A DNA stretch of 64,000 bases from Isurus oxyrinchus (GCA_026770705.1 JANJGN010000002.1:38936001-39000000); one strand, 5' to 3'. Counted from the first letter of the stretch, positions 22,417 to 36,769 are shown. A program made the numbers and translations. The notes: a model not told the origin generated them from the sequence alone.

Positions 22417-23754
22417 ACGTGGGCATCACCACATCCTGTTTACAGTTAGCCAAAATATGAAGGGGGAATACCTAGGGAAATACTTAATGGTCTCAATCGG
22501 TCTAATTTAACAAAATTTGCTGTGCTGTGTTAAATCCAAAAATAGAAGATTATGAGGGAACTGTCGGGTAAGTTGGAATGTACATCTCATAACCCTTTAT
22601 ATTGAAGATATAATGGTAAAATAATCTAGTTTGCCACTTCTCCACACTGACATGTCTTACTCTTTAAAATAGTTTGCATTTATTAAAGTGTGTGCAGTTT
22701 GGTCATGTCTTGGGAGCATCAGTTCCAGCACACATGCCAATCAAAGTGAAAGACATCAGGGTTGAGTTTCAATTTGCCATACCATCATAAAACTGATTGC
22801 AGATTGACGTCTATTGTACAGACCATCCAATTTGCATTTCCATTGATTCTCGTGGAATTGATAATTCAGGTGATTTCCATGAAGGATGGTCAAGAGTATT
22901 ATCAGATTAAGGCACGGGCAACAAGCAAAAAAATCTATCCCATCAAACTGATCAAATGTGAACACTGGTCACATTTAGCAACTACTGTTAGCAGCATATA
23001 TTCCTACTTCAGGAACAGCACAGGATACAAAGTAAACCTATTTTGCCCCTCTCCCTCATCATGACGCACTTTTTGGGAATGGGACTGCTGGTATGCAGGG
23101 TTCAACCAAAAATTCCAGTAGTGTCACTGTTTGCACAGAAGCAGCAAATAAATCTGCAAAAAAGTAAGTGCTCTATCCATATTAGGGGCTGTAAATTGGT
23201 CCAAAATAGCACTTAACCCAAGAAAAAAAGAAACAGTTCTGCCTTGGGAAGTTGCACAGCTGAAGCAAAAAAAAATCAGTTCATCACCTAGGCCAAACTA
23301 ACATAAACCCATCCTAATGAAGTGACAACACGGTTGCTTTGAAGTTCCACTGATTCTGTAAACGGGGTCCCAGTAATGCCATTTCTGGCATGAGGTGCCT
23401 GTTCCTGTTACCTAAATGATCCCACCCTCCCAGGAGAGAAAGGAAATCCCACCCGATTTCACTTCAGAAATTTTAACTCCTACTTAAACCCAACCTTCGA
23501 AGAGCTCACTATTGCATTCATGTAACATTCCCATCGAGTCACAATCCTACTGCTGCCAGTCTTGAATGCTTAATCGGTGCTTCAATATACAGGGGCTGAG
23601 ACAGTTCCAGCCACACTTATCTGTCTGGAGCTTCTTCAGAGATTGGTAACATTTTCAAAGACATGAAAAAGTAGTTTGGCTCAGCTTATTAAGGCAGTGA
23701 GTAACAGAGCTATACAGGAAAGTCTCAGGTTTGCTTCCCTACTTTAAGTTAGCT

Positions 23755-24398
23755 GAAATATAAAGAAAAAATGTTGGAACACTTCAGACAGCTTCTGTGG
23801 AAAGAGAAGCAGAGTTTTGGACTTGGACCTTCTGAACAGCAATAATGATTCTTGGATTGCCACTGTGCTCATAAATTCCCTTGACTCGACGCTGCTGTGC
23901 ATTTCTGCCAGAGACTTCCAATCCCAGCTTTCATGGAAATGCGCAGTGCAGTGTCCGTTGGGAAACTCTGTTGAAGCGGAGAAGAGTGGAGGGAAGAACA
24001 GGGCAAGCCCCCTTTTTATTTTAAAGGTATAACTTGAATGTTTATGAATAATCTAACATTTCCTGGGTAATTACCCAGGTAAGTACCGCAGAACTGTCCA
24101 AAGTCATCAACTCGAGCTCAGAGCCAGAGACGTTCATGGAGGGTCCTGGGGAGAAGGTGAGTTGCCCAGTGGAAGTTGAAATGTTCTGGGCAATTCCCAT
24201 ATAGGTTCGCCTGTCAAGACTTCCACAGGGTCCTGGCGGGCATCTTCAGTTGTACATTCAATCTCCGACGATCCGGAGACTGGAGGATTTGGCCTAATGT
24301 TTCGGGTTGACGACGGTTCTTCCTCATACTGCCTCACCTGCTAAATTTTCCAGCATTTTCCCTTTTAATTTCCAGCTTCTGCAGTAGTTTGCTTTCTG
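23755..24398. mobile_element. Old mini PLE terminal-repeat hairpin interrupted by a ~480-bp MITE-like insert (23817-24294), nested in a SINE
   Basis: Inverted PLE ends at 23755-23816 and 24334-24398; hammerhead remnant on minus strand 24295-24322; 18-bp palindrome CCTGGGTAATTACCCAGG in the insert. Confidence 0.55.
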
Positions 24399-24714
24399 AG
24401 TTGCTGATCTGCACACAGATAGGTTTGCTAGTGTCACCCCTCCTCCCAAAATAAGAAGGGAAAACTTTTCAGCAATTCCCAGGCCTGCATGTTATCCCGT
24501 AAGTCCTGTGGAAGTAGACATAGATTGGTGCCAGGTGAGGACAGGCTTGGACTCTTCTGTGATGCCAATCTGGACACAGTCACTAGAGGATCACTGGAAG
24601 AAATTCCCATTCACTGGATACGGCCCACATCTCCATATGCCAACATGAAGCTGAATCTTTGAGAAAGAAGGAGTGAAAATTAGTGAGAAGAAGGAGAATA
24701 AATGGAATCAGTGA

Positions 24715-25140
24715 ATCTTACAGCACAGTATGAGACCACTTGGCCCATCATACCTATGCCTGCTTTTTGGATGAGCTTTCTAATGTTCATGCCACTTGTC
24801 CATAACCCTGCAAAATTTTCCTTTTTAAGTATATATCCAATTCTCTTTTAAAAGTTACAATTGAATCTGCTTGCTCCAGTCTTTTAGTCAATGCATTCCA
24901 GCTAGATCATAACAAATTACCATGTTAAAGAAAATTCACATGTTCTGCCTTTTGGCTCTTTTTAAATCTGTGTCCTCTGGTTACTGACCCTTCTGCCAGT
25001 GAAAACAGTTTCTCCTTATTTATTCAATCAAAGCCCTTCATGATTCTGAGCACCTCTATTAAATCTCCCCATTAACTTTCTTTATCCTGAGGGGAACAAC
25101 CCCAGTTTCCTCCTTCCCAATAACTGAAGTCTCATACCCT
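24715..25140 (-). mobile_element. CR1 LINE 3' fragment
   Basis: Similar to 8535-8985 (AATCTGTGTCCTCTGGTT.., AATGCATTCCA). Confidence 0.7.
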
Positions 25141-25259
25141 CGAAATAATGTGTAAAGAATCAAACAGCAACACCCGCTGAATAAGACAAAACATTTTCCT
25201 TGCACTCCAGCAATTTGTCCTAGTTTAAGTCAATAGTAGCAAAACTGAGAATGTGAGGG

Positions 25260-27935
25260 AAAAACTCAGGAGGTCTGGCAGCATTGGCGGAGAAGAACAA
25301 AGTTGACGTTTCGAGTCCTCATGACCCTTCAATAGAACTAAGTAAAAATAGGAGAGGGGTGAAATATAAGCTGGTTTAAGGTGGGGGGAGAAGTGGGGGG
25401 GTGGTGGTTGTAGGGACAAGCAAGCAGTGATAGGAGCAGCTAACCAAAAGATGTCACAGACAAAAGAACAAAGAGGTGCTGAAGGTGGTAATATTATACA
25501 AAAGAATGAGCTAATTAAGAATGGCTAGCAGGATATACAAGGTACAGATTGCTCTAGTGGGGGTGGGGTGAAATAAGACTAAAAGGGCATAGAACGTATA
25601 GATTTAAAAATAATGGAAATAGGTGGGAAAAGAAAAATCTATATTGGAAAAAACAAAAGGGAGGGGAAAAAACGAAAAGGGGCTGGGGATGGAGGAGGGA
25701 GTTCAAGAGCCTACCTCTCCCTGGACCATGACCCCACCACTGAACATCAAGCCATTGTTTCCAGGACTGTTACTGACCTCATCTCCTCTGGAGATCTTCC
25801 TCCCACAGCTTCCAACCTGATAGTCTCCTAACCTCGGACGGCCCACTTCTACCTCCTACCCAAAATCCACAAACAGGACTGTCCCGGCAGGCCGATCGTG
25901 TCAGCCTGTTCAAACCCACAGAACTCATTTCTCATTATCTTGACTCCCTTCTCTCTCCCCTTGTCCAGTCCCTTCCCACCTACATCTGTGATTCCTCTGA
26001 CACCTTATGTCACATCAACAATTTCCAGTTCCCTGGCCCCAACCACCTCCTCTTCACCATGGACGTCCAATCCCTCTACACTTTCATCCCCCACCAGGAC
26101 GGTCTGAGGGCTCTCAGCTTCTTCCTCGAACAGAGGCCCGAACAATCCCCATCCACCACTACTCTCCTCTGTCTGGCTGAACTTGTTCTCACACTGAACA
26201 ATTTCTCCTTTAACTCCTCTCACTTCCTCCAAATAAAAGGTGTGGCTATGGGTACCCGCATGGGCCCCGGCTATGCCTGTCTCTTTCTGGGGTATATGGA
26301 ACATTCCTTGTTCCAGTCCTACTCCGGCCCCCTCCCACAACTCTTTCTCCGGTACATCGATGATTACTTCGGTGCTGCTTCATGCTCTCGTTGGGACCTG
26401 GAAAAATTTATTAATTTTGCTTCCAATCTCCACCCCTCCATCATTTTCACGTGGTCCACCTCTGACACTTCCCTTCCCTTCCTTGACCTCTCTGTCTCAA
26501 TTTCTGGTGATAGACTGTCCACCAAAATCCATTACAAGCCTACCGACTCCCACAGCTACCTCGAATACAGCTCCTCACAGCCGCTTCCTGTAAGGACTCC
26601 ATCCCATTCTCTCAGTTCCTTCGCCTCCGTCGCATCTGTTCTGATGATGCCACTTTCAAAAACAGTTCCTCTGACATGTCCTCCTTCTTCCTTAACCGAG
26701 ATTTTCCACCCACGGTCATTGACAGGGCCTTCAGCCATGTCCGGCCCATATCCCGCGCATCCGCCCTCACACCTTCTTCTCCCTCCCAGAAACATGACAG
26801 GGTCCCCCTTGTCCTCACTTATCACCCCATCAGCCTCCGCATTCAAAGGATCATCCTCCGCCATTTCCGCCAACTCCAGCATGATGCCACCACCAAACAT
26901 ATCTTCCCTTCACCACCCTCCCTCCCCCCAGCGGCATTCCGTAGGGATCATTCCCTCCATGACATCCTGGTCCACTCCTCCATCACCCCCTACTCCTCAA
27001 CCTCCACCTATGGCACCTCCCCATGCATACGCAAAATATGCAACACCTCACCCTTCACTTCCTCTCTCCTCACCGTCCAAGGGCCCAAACACTCCTTTCA
27101 AGTGAAGCAGCAATTCACTTGCATTTCCCCCAACTTAGTCTACTGCATTCGTTGCTGCCAATGCGGTCTCCTTTACATTGGAGAGACCAAACGCAAATAG
27201 GCAACCGCTTTGCAGAACATTTTCAGTTTGTCTGCAAGAATGACCCAGACCTCCCTGTCGCTTGCCATTTTAACACTCCACCCTGCTCTCTTACCCACAT
27301 GTCTGTCCTTGGTTGCTGCATTGTTCCAGTGAAGCTCAACGCAAACTGGAGGAATAGCACCTCATCTTCCAACTAGGCGCTTTACAGCCTTCCGGACTGA
27401 ATATTGAGTTCAACAACTTTAGATCTTGAACTCCCTCCTCCATCCCCATCCCCTTTCCGTTTCTTCCCCCTTCCTTTTGTTTTTTCCAATATAGATTTTC
27501 CTTTTCCCACCTATTTCCATTATTTTTAAATCTATATGTTTTATGCCCTTTTAGTCTTATTTCACCCCACCCCCACTAGAGCTATCTGTACCTTGTGTGT
27601 CCTGCCATCATTCTTAATTAACACTTTCTTTTAGATAATATCACCACCTTCAACACCTCTTTGTTCTTTTGTCTGTGACATCTTTTGGTTATCTGCTCCT
27701 ATCACTGCTTGCTTGTCCCTACAACCACACCCTCCCCCCCCCCCGCCCCCCCCACCTTAAACCAGCTTATATTTCACCCCTCTCCTATTTTTACTTAGTT
27801 TTGTTGAAGGGTCATGAAGACTCGAAACATCAACTTTGATCTTCTCCGCCGATGCTGCCAGACCTCCTGAGTTTTTCCAGGTATTTCTGCTTCTGTTTTG
27901 GATTTCCAGCATCCGCAGTTTTTTGTTTTTATCTA
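25260..27935. mobile_element. Penelope-like element, head-to-head inverted dimer #3 (minus arm 25260-25708, plus arm ~25710-27935), older subfamily
   Basis: Inverted terminal repeats with hammerhead remnants (25301-25339, 27797-27835); TSD TG(A/G)GAATGTGAGGG at 25246-25259 and 27936-27949. Confidence 0.93.
25711..27428 (+). pseudogene. Disrupted PLE RT/GIY-YIG ORF
   Basis: YLLPKIHK, GRPIVS, DVQSLY, GVAMG, RYIDD and LYIGET are spread over several frames with stops. Confidence 0.9.
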
Positions 27936-28679
27936 TGGGAATGTGAGGGCTTCAACTATTTGCACTAATGTCTTTTTATTGTCTCCTTTTTTTCAGCTTC
28001 TCTCTCCGTTTAAAGTGGACTTGAGGCAGGAGTCAGATTAAATTCAAAAGCTCACCTTGGACATTTGCTTCTGATAATTCTGAGGTAACAAAATTGCCAC
28101 ATTTACTGTCCAAAGCTGGTTTTGTTCTCTGCAGTTAAACTGTTGGCTGATTGGTTCTGTAAATGGCCTATGGGGTCACTCAAGCAGAGCAGCCCTGTTG
28201 ACAAACAAGCGCCTGTCTCCCTCCCCCATATGATTCCTATACATTACACCCTGTTGATTCAAAGAAAAGACAGAAGGAAACCGTGGAACACTGCATGAAA
28301 TTACCCTCAGATTGTTATACTACCCATCAGTTTTTATTGTCCCTTTCTTCTCCTTTGGAATGAATCCACAGTGGCTGGGGTTAAATAGTAATTCTTTGTC
28401 TGACAACAATGCCATAGAATGACAGGTTTGGTTAAATGATTTACCAGTGAGTGTTAGCCTTTCACTAAAATTCAGGCAAGAGAGAACAGGATGTGAAGAA
28501 GTGTAACAGATAGCCCGGGGAATGCCGCACATGAAGAGAATAACAAGAAAAAGCACCTAAATGTCCTGCTGGCTCAGTGTGTTTACACAGTGAGTGACTA
28601 AACTGTAATGGCTAGAAAGTTCCAAGGTATATGTCCCAGTCTGTATTGAAGCAGGCAATAGCAACCCATACAAGAGATT

Positions 28680-29105
28680 GGTTAGACTGGGGTTATTTTC
28701 CCTGGAGCAGAGGAGATTGAGGGGGGGGGGGGGACATGATTGAGGTATATAAAATTATGAGGGGCGTAGGTAGGGTAGACAGGAAGAAACTTTTCTCCTC
28801 GGTAGAGGGATCAATAAGCAGGGGGCATAGATTTAAGATAAGGGGCAGGAGGTTTAGAGGGGATGTGAGGAAGAATCTTTTCACCTAGAGGGTGGTGGAA
28901 ATCTGGAACTCACTGCCTGAAAGGGTGGTAGAGGCAGAAACCCTCACAACATTTAAGAAATATTTGGATGTGCACTTGAGATGCCATGGCATTCAAGGCT
29001 ATGGGCCTAGTGCTGGAAAATGGGATTAGAATAGTTAGGTACTTGTTTGACCGGCGCAGACTTGATGAGCCGAAGGGCCTTTCTCTGTGCTGTAGACCTC
29101 TATGA
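28680..29105 (+). mobile_element. CR1 LINE 3' fragment inserted into a SINE
   Basis: LFSLEQRRL..MIEVYKIMRG..RGHRF..WNSLP; CR1-type 3' UTR ending CTCTATGA. Confidence 0.85.
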
Positions 29106-29852
29106 TGAGGGCAGTGGCATTTCAGTTTAGCAGGGAGGCAATTGGCCAGGATTCTGCTCCTGATCATTATCCACCAGTCCCTGCTGACAATGTGTGTCTG
29201 TGGGACATTGAGTAAGATCAGGATCATCTCTGATGCCTCTTATGTTCAGTTTAGTCAACTCCTATGCACTATGAAAGCTCATACATGAATAATGGCCACT
29301 TAGGCATTGTATTGGAAATGTAGCTGCTACATGGTAAACCTTTTTGCCAAGGTTGGAGGGGGGTGGGGGTGGCGGAGCAGGAAGCATTAGTATTGGAGAA
29401 GAAAGTTCCTCTATAAAAGCAAATTGACAATGGGGTATTGAGAGAGAACCAGAATTTTTATATAAGTTTGAGTTAAAGAGCAAATAATGGGATCTCCATA
29501 TGACTTTAGGCAGTGAGTAGCTTGGAGAAGATTCCCAGGGGGCAACTGGAAACCATGGAGCTACGTCCCACTGTGGAAGCAACATCAGGCAAAGAGAAAA
29601 TTGGCAAGGAATAAAAGATTCTCTGAAAAAGAACAATGGCTCCTGAATGGATGGGCAGATTTTAATGCCCCATGGCGAGTTTGGTGGCAGGGTTCATTTA
29701 ATCAGGTGGGAAGGTGGAGAGTGGGGACCCTACCGCTTTCGCCTGCCTTGGTCCTATTATGTCCATGGCGGGAAGGCTCATGGATGGCCTTCCCGTCAAG
29801 TTGCAAATTGAAGCTTTTAAATGGGCAGTTAATGCCTTTTGGTAATCTGATG

Positions 29853-32004
29853 TGTCATATACCTTTAAGAAGAATGTTACAATAGACGATCACATGATCT
29901 TATTATCCAATGACAGAGCAGCGCAGGCTACCTTAATAGTCTGTAATTAATAGTGAGTAGTCTAGAGTAAGAGTCTGTAATGTAGAGACAGAGTTTGAGT
30001 TGTAAGTACACAAGTGTAGCTGCTGAGCTCCTTTGTAAATAAATAGAATGTGATCTACATAAGAACCTTCTATTGATCTGCTATGCCTATGGCACCAACT
30101 TGGTCATCCCAAAACAACTGAGCAACCTGGATCCATTGATCCAAGTAAACCAGTGACCAGGATTCAGTAAACTGGCAACAAGGTGAAAAAAAGCAAAAAA
30201 AAAAGCGAGGAAAGAAATCAAGTGAACCGAAATCAGTCTGTACCTCGCACGGTAATTGCAAGTAGAATTTCTGTCCTAATCGTCGAAGCAGTCCCCTTGA
30301 AGCATGCCGCAGTTTGGAAAAGTTGGTCTCATTATGTTGAACGCCTTGCATTCTTTCTCCAAGTTAATGAGTTTGCGGGGGAGGAGAAGAGGCAGGTGAT
30401 CCTCTTATCTGTGTGTGGGAGTAAGACTTATCGATTGATCCAAAGTTTAATGGCAGCCAGTGCTCCGGATTTGAAAAGTTTTGATGATTTAATGAACCTT
30501 GGGAAGACTCATTACCAGCCCAAACCCTCGGTAATGATACAACGGTTCAAATTTAACTTAAGAAATGGAGCCCCGGGGAGACAGTTGCTTGTTATGTGGC
30601 AAGTCTGAAACAGTTAACAGAATATTGCAAGTTTGGTACATCTATAAATGAAATGCTTAGAGATCGTTTGGTATGCAGTATAAATGAAGAAGAGATTACT
30701 GTCTGAAACAAATTTGGATTTTCAGAAGGTGCTAGAAATAGCACTGGCTATGGAAGGTGCAGTGAGGGACTTGAAAGCCATACAGGGAGCGCAAAATAGT
30801 CCTCCACTTTGGGCAGGCAGCCCCAGTCAAAAAGGGCATAAAAATGTACAGCTCCGATGAGAAGCAGGAAGCAGCCACAGCTTGCAGACAAATAAAAAGA
30901 AGTGATTTAGCAGCGAAAACATGGAATAATACTAACAGAGGTGGAAGCAGACAAGCTTATAATGAATCGATGTTTGGACGAAACTGGCTGAAAGAAATTA
31001 AATTGGATTGGACTGAGATCTTCCAACTGAGAGCCACTGAGTTACCTGAGCTACTACAAAAATACGCCTTGATTTTCCAAGATAAACTCGAGAAGATCCA
31101 AGGGCTACAAGCAAAAATTCATGTTGATTCAGAATCTACCCCCTGATTTATGAAGGCAAGACCAGTACCTTATGCAATGCGGGAAAAGGTACACACCAAA
31201 CTGGATAGATTAGAGAAACTGGGAGTGATATGACCTGCTTAGTTCTAGGAAAGGGCAGCACGAATAGTCCCTCTACTTAAGCCTGACCAAAGTGTTCGAA
31301 TTTGTAGAGACTACAAATTGACTGTCAACAAAGCAGCTAAGTTGGACAGACACCCCATACCAAAAATATGCTAAGTTGGCAGGTGGAACCACCTACATGA
31401 AGCTTGATATGAGCCATGCTTACCAACAAATAGAATTAGAGAAGGCCTCCCAGAAATTTATCACAATTAATACACACAAAAGTTAGGACCAATATACCCG
31501 TTTGCCTTTTAGTGTATCCTCTGCATGTGCCATATTCCAAAGGACAATGGAAAATTTACTGCAGGGATAGCCTCATGTTGTAGTTTATTTAGATGACATT
31601 CTAGTAACAGGACTCACTGAAAAGACCATTTAACAAACTTGGAAGAAGTCTTGAAGTGTTTTTCATAGGTGGGAGTGCATTTTAAAAAAAAGTGCAAGTT
31701 CCAAGCAAAAGAGATGGTCCATTTAGGTCACAGGGTAGGTGCACAGGGCCTCCATCCGGTTGAAGAAAAAGTGTGAGCCATTAGACAGGCACCAGCACCA
31801 AGGAACACATCTGAGCTCAAATCATTCTTGGGGATGATCAATTACTATAGATGCGTTTTGCCTAATTTGTCAACAGAACTGGCACCCTTGTATACCAATT
31901 CAAGAAAAACTAACATTGGTCTTCGCAAACACCACAGAAAGAAGCTTTCACAAAAGTGAAACAGCAGTTGCATTCATCCACCCTATCAGTACATTTTGAC
32001 CAAA
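29853..32004 (+). mobile_element. Decayed Gypsy/Ty3 LTR retrotransposon (LTR-like start, gag, RT; truncated)
   Basis: gag WSHYVERLAFFLQ..LLSVCG..RFKF; pol FGRNWL, DYKLTVNK, KLDMSHAYQQI, RLPF..IFQRTME, YLDDILV; many stops. Confidence 0.85.
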
Positions 32005-32897
32005 ACTTGGAAGCATTGTAAACTGTGAGGAGGACAGTGTAGAACTTTAAAGGGACATAGCCAAGTTGGTGAAGTGGGCAGATAGGTGGCAGATGACGTT
32101 CAACATGAGGCGTTCATTTTGGTAGGAAGGACATGGACAGACAGTATGAAATAAGGGGTACAACTCTAATGAGTGTGCAGGAGCAGAGAGGCCTGGGTGT
32201 ATATCTGCATAAGTCATTAAAGGTAGGACAGGTGGAGAGAACAGTTAAAAAAGCATACAGTATCCTAGGCTTTATTAATAGTGGCATAGAGGTACAAGAG
32301 CAAGAAGGTTATGTTGAACTTGTATAAGACACTAGTTAGACCTCAGCTGGAGTACTGTGTACAGTTCTGGGCACCACACTTTAGGAAGGATGAGAATGCA
32401 TTGGAGAGTGCAGAAGAGGTTTACAAAAGTGGTTCCAGGGATGAAAAACTTCAGTTATGAAAATAGATTGGAGAAGTTGGGACTATTCTGCTTGGAGAGG
32501 AGAAGGCGAAGAGGCAATTTGATAGACATGTTCAAAATCATGAGGGGGCTGGACAGAATAGATAGGGAGAAACTGTTCCTGCTCATAAAAGGATCGAGAA
32601 TGAGAGGGCACAGATTTAAAGTGATTTGCAAAAGAAACAAATGCAATGTGAGAAAAAACCTTTTCACACAGCAAGCAGTTTGTGTCTGGAATGCATTGCC
32701 TGGAAGTGTGGTGGAGACAGGTTCAATCGAGGCACTCAAGGGGGCATTAGGTGATTATTTAATTAGAGGCAATGTGCAGGGTTACGGGGAAAAGGTAGGA
32801 GAATGGCACTGAGTCATAATGCTCATTCGGAGAGTCGGAGCAGACACAATGGGCTGAATAACCTCCTTTTGCATCGTAATAATTCTGTGATTCTGTT
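32005..32897 (+). mobile_element. CR1 LINE 3' part
   Basis: LVRPQLEY, VQKRFT, LEKLGLFCLERRR.RGNLI, WNALP; tail ATTCTGTGATTCTG. Confidence 0.88.
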
Positions 32898-33729
32898 ATA
32901 AGAGGGAAGTATCTGGCAGCAATAAGAAAGAGAAAAATAGATGGGAAGGCAGGAAATGGAGTCCATTAGCAAGTGGTCAAGCAGGACTTACCATGTTTGA
33001 GCACTGCTTAAGTGAAAGTGCTGCCACATGAGCTGAGTGGAAGGTGGGCTGCCCTCGTGTTTTAAAGGTGCTTTCACCAGTTTAGAGCAGGGCACCTGGG
33101 AATGAGGGTGGGTCATGTGCACAGCACCCAGAGGATCTGGCAATAGACGCAGGAGAAGAGAGCAGACCTTAAGAAAGCTGCCATGATAGAATTATCCATC
33201 CATATCATATCCAAGCTGGATGGGATTGTGTATACATGGCACAAAATATTGCCTGTCACCCGACAAAAGATTTCTAGCTGGTCCATACAAAGCTCTCAGA
33301 CAGCCTTACTACTCTTTCACTGTTTACTGCTCATGCGTGGTCTCCAGCAAGGTACACGTTCAAGCTACAATTTAGAACTGAAACCCTTGGAATGCGGTGA
33401 TCTGAAAGAGCTTCATAGAGCAAATCATTCTAAATCAACCAGCTACATGATGCATAGTCACTTACAGAGTGATTAAACTGCAGATGTATGTATTCCTGCC
33501 TCTTGCAAGACCTCAAGGCTACATCGCAGCTTGCAGAACAAGATGATATGCAAATCCAGTTTTAGTGGGGCAGAGCCTTGCTGGGTGGAGGCACAAGTGA
33601 GCATATTCGGTGTACATAGTCGATTTTCTCCTTGTTGATTTAGGGCCAAATAATGAGCCTATGACACTAGCATGCACAGGCCTGATTTAAACATTTAAAA
33701 TTGCTCTCCGTTCCTTTTATTTCTACTTT

Positions 33730-34295
33730 GGGTGTTAGTCTACCCACTTCTTCTTAGGAAGTCCCTCAGGATTGCTTCCACTCTGCTTCGATGAGTCCTG
33801 AGATGGCTGATAAATCCAATGTGCGAATGGCAGGGGAGGTGGTGCTTGGAGGGTTGTAGATGGGTTGTTTGGAAGTTTGTGCGCTCTCTCTTATGCCTCG
33901 ACTTTATCTCTGCACGTTTCTGATGAAGTCTTTCAATGTGCTTGATGCCTTCCCGAATAAATCTTCATTTTGGTTGGTCACAAGGGGTTCCCATAGTTTG
34001 GCAGGGACATTTGATCTCTTCAGGGATGGTTTGAAGACATCCCTAAAATAATTCCACTGCCCTCCTGGGAATCTCCTGCCATGATTGAATTCGAAGTGCA
34101 GCAGTAATTTTGGGAGTCTGGTGTCAGGCATAGAAAAGACATGTCCTGCCCAGTGGAGCTGGGTTTAAGTGGTTAGCACCTTGATGCTAGTAAGTTGGCT
34201 TGGGGAGGATGCTGGTGTGGACTGCCTTTCTTACCACCAGATTTTGAGGATCATGCAAAGGTTGCACTGATTATACTTCTCCAGTGCTTTGAGGT
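33730..34295 (-). mobile_element. RTE-clade LINE 3' fragment
   Basis: QLHWAGHV..MPDTRLPK..GRRFPGGQ..FRDVFKPSLK, typical RTE ORF C-terminus. Confidence 0.75.
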
Positions 34296-34936
34296 GCCGG
34301 CCACTCTAGGGCATTCACCCTAAAATACTTCAGGCCAGTGGCACGGGCTGGGAGCAAAAGTCATGGGGTGGGATGGGGGACTATAACGTTGGGTCAGATT
34401 CTGGATATGATGGATCCACACCCCATTTTGGACAAAGGAAGTGAAGGACATTTAATCTGCCCATTCCTAATCATCCAGGCCACATTTTAGGGAACATTCC
34501 TGGGCTACCCTGATAATTACAGCCAGCACATTACTGTTATATTCAGCGATGTCTCCCATTGTAGACCTACACTGAAGCCTACAATTCAGAAGCTAATCAG
34601 CAATTGATCCCAGAGGATCAAATGTCATTGGCATCCTTAACAGAAAAATGTCCCAACTTGTGTTCTGATCATTTGGAAAGACTGCTACTTGCATGCTAAA
34701 CAGCGTAAGCAGCATGCGATGGACAAAGCTAAGCGATCCCATAATCAATGGATTAGACCTAAACTCTGCAGTCCTGCCACATCCAGTCACAAATGGTGGT
34801 GGTCAATTATGCAACTAACAGGAGGCTGAGGATCCACAAATATCCTCATCACATCAATACAAAAGACAAGGTGGAAGCATTTGCAACCGTTTTCAGCCAG
34901 AAGTGATGAGTGGATGATCCAGCTCAGCCTTCAGGT

Positions 34937-35431
34937 CATAGAACAGTAGAACACTACAGCACAGAAAACAGGCCATTCGACCCTTCCAGTCTGTGCCGAA
35001 ATATTATTCCGCTAATCCCATTGACCTGCACCCTGTTCATAACCCTCCAGACCTCTCCCATCCATGTATCTACCCAACTTATTCTTAAAACTTAAGTGAA
35101 CCCGCATTTACCACATCAGATGGCAGCTCGTTCCACACTCTCACCACTCTGAGTGAAGAAGTTCCCCTAATGTTCCCCCTAAACCTTTCCTCTTTCACCC
35201 TAAAGCCATGTCCTTTCGTGTTTATCTCTCATAATCTAAGTGGAAAGAGCCTACTCGCATTTACTCTGTCTCTACCCCTCATAATTTTGTAAACTTCTAT
35301 TAAATCTCCCCTCATCCTTCTACGCTCCAAGGAATAAAGTCCTAACCTGTTTAATCTTTCCCTGTAACTCAACTCCTTAAGACCTGGCAACATCCTAGTA
35401 AATCTTCTCTGCACTCTTTCAATCTTACTGA
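34937..35431 (-). mobile_element. CR1 LINE 3' fragment nested in a LINE
   Basis: [44 protein letters not shown]. Confidence 0.9.
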
Positions 35432-36090
35432 AAGGTCCCCAGCATTACAGATACCGATCTTCAGCCAATTCAATTCACTCTGCGTGATATCAAGAAACGG
35501 CTGAAGGCACTGGATACTGCAAAGGCTAGGGGCCCTGACAATATTCTGGCAATAGCACTGAAGACTTGTGCTCTAGAGCTAGCTGCGCCCCTAGACAAGC
35601 TGTTCCAGTACAGCTACAACACTGGCAAAACTGGAGTCAATGGGAATCATTAGGAAAACTCTCCACTCGCAGAAAGGAAGATGGTTGTGGTTGTTGGTGG
35701 TTAATCATCTGTCCCAGGCCATCACTGCAGGAGTTCCTCATGGTAGTGTTCTCGGGCCAACCACCTTCAGCTGCTTCATCAATGATCTTCCCATCAGCTT
35801 AAGGTCAGAAGTGGGGATGGTCGTTGATGATTGCACAATGTTCAGCACCATTTGTGACTTCTCAGATACGGAAGCAGTCATTGCCCATATGCAACAAAAC
35901 CTGGATTCAGGTTTGAACTGATAAGTGGGAAGTTACATTTGTGCCACACAAGTGCCAGACAATGACCATTTGCAACAAGAGAGAATCCACCCATCTGCGC
36001 TTGACATTCAATGGCACAGCCATCACTGAATCCCCCACGATCAACATCCTGGGGGTTACCATTGACTAGGAACTGAACTGGACTAGCCAA

Positions 36091-36300
36091 TGGAGATGGT
36101 GGCATAGCGATATTGTCACTAGACTGTGTTCCAGAGACCCAGGTAATGCTCTGGGGACCTGGGTTTGAATCCCACCATGGCAGATGGTAAAATTTGAATT
36201 CAATAAAAAGCTGACTAATGTCCTTACCTGATCTGGTTACATGTGGCTGGCAATAAACGCTGGCCAGAGATTCATCTCATAAATAAATTTAAAATAAACA
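36091..36300 (+). mobile_element. Short tRNA-headed SINE sharing both head and tail with the 56772 LINE
   Basis: Head TGGCATAGCGAT..CCAGAGACCCAGGTAATGCTCTGGGG..GGTTTGAATCCC..AATTTGAATTCAATAAA; tail GGCAATAAACGCTGGCC. Confidence 0.75.
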
Positions 36301-36769
36301 AATTTTAAAATATATAAATACTGTGGCTGGGAATTCTGTGGAGCCTGTCCACCATCCACATCTACAAGGCACAATGATGGAATACTCTTCATTTGCAGGT
36401 CATCCACCACTGATACACAGTGGCATCAATATGTACCATCTACAAGATTTGCTACAGCCTTTACAGCACCTTCCAAACCCACAACCTCTACCACCTAAGA
36501 TGCATGGGAACACCACCACAAGGTCCCAACCAAGCACACAATATCCTGACTTGGAACCAAATCGCCATTCCTTCATTGCTGCTGGATCAAAATACTGGAA
36601 CTTTCTTTCTAACTATGGGTGTACCTACATGGGCTGCAGTGGTACAAGGGGTTCACCATATTCTCAAAGGCAATTAGGGATAGGTAAAATATGCTGACCT
36701 AGCCAGCGATGCCCACATCCTTTAAAAGAATAAAGAGTAGTTGAGATGCATGTTTTCAGGTGAAGAGGA

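Larger units (their letters stand above)
34545..36735 (+). mobile_element. Decayed copy of the 56772-59956 LINE family with nested CR1 and SINE
   Basis: Colinear matches (AKRSHN, KA.GPDNI, GVPHGSVLGP, VDDCTMF, 3' tail AGCCAGCGATGCCCACATCC). Confidence 0.8.
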
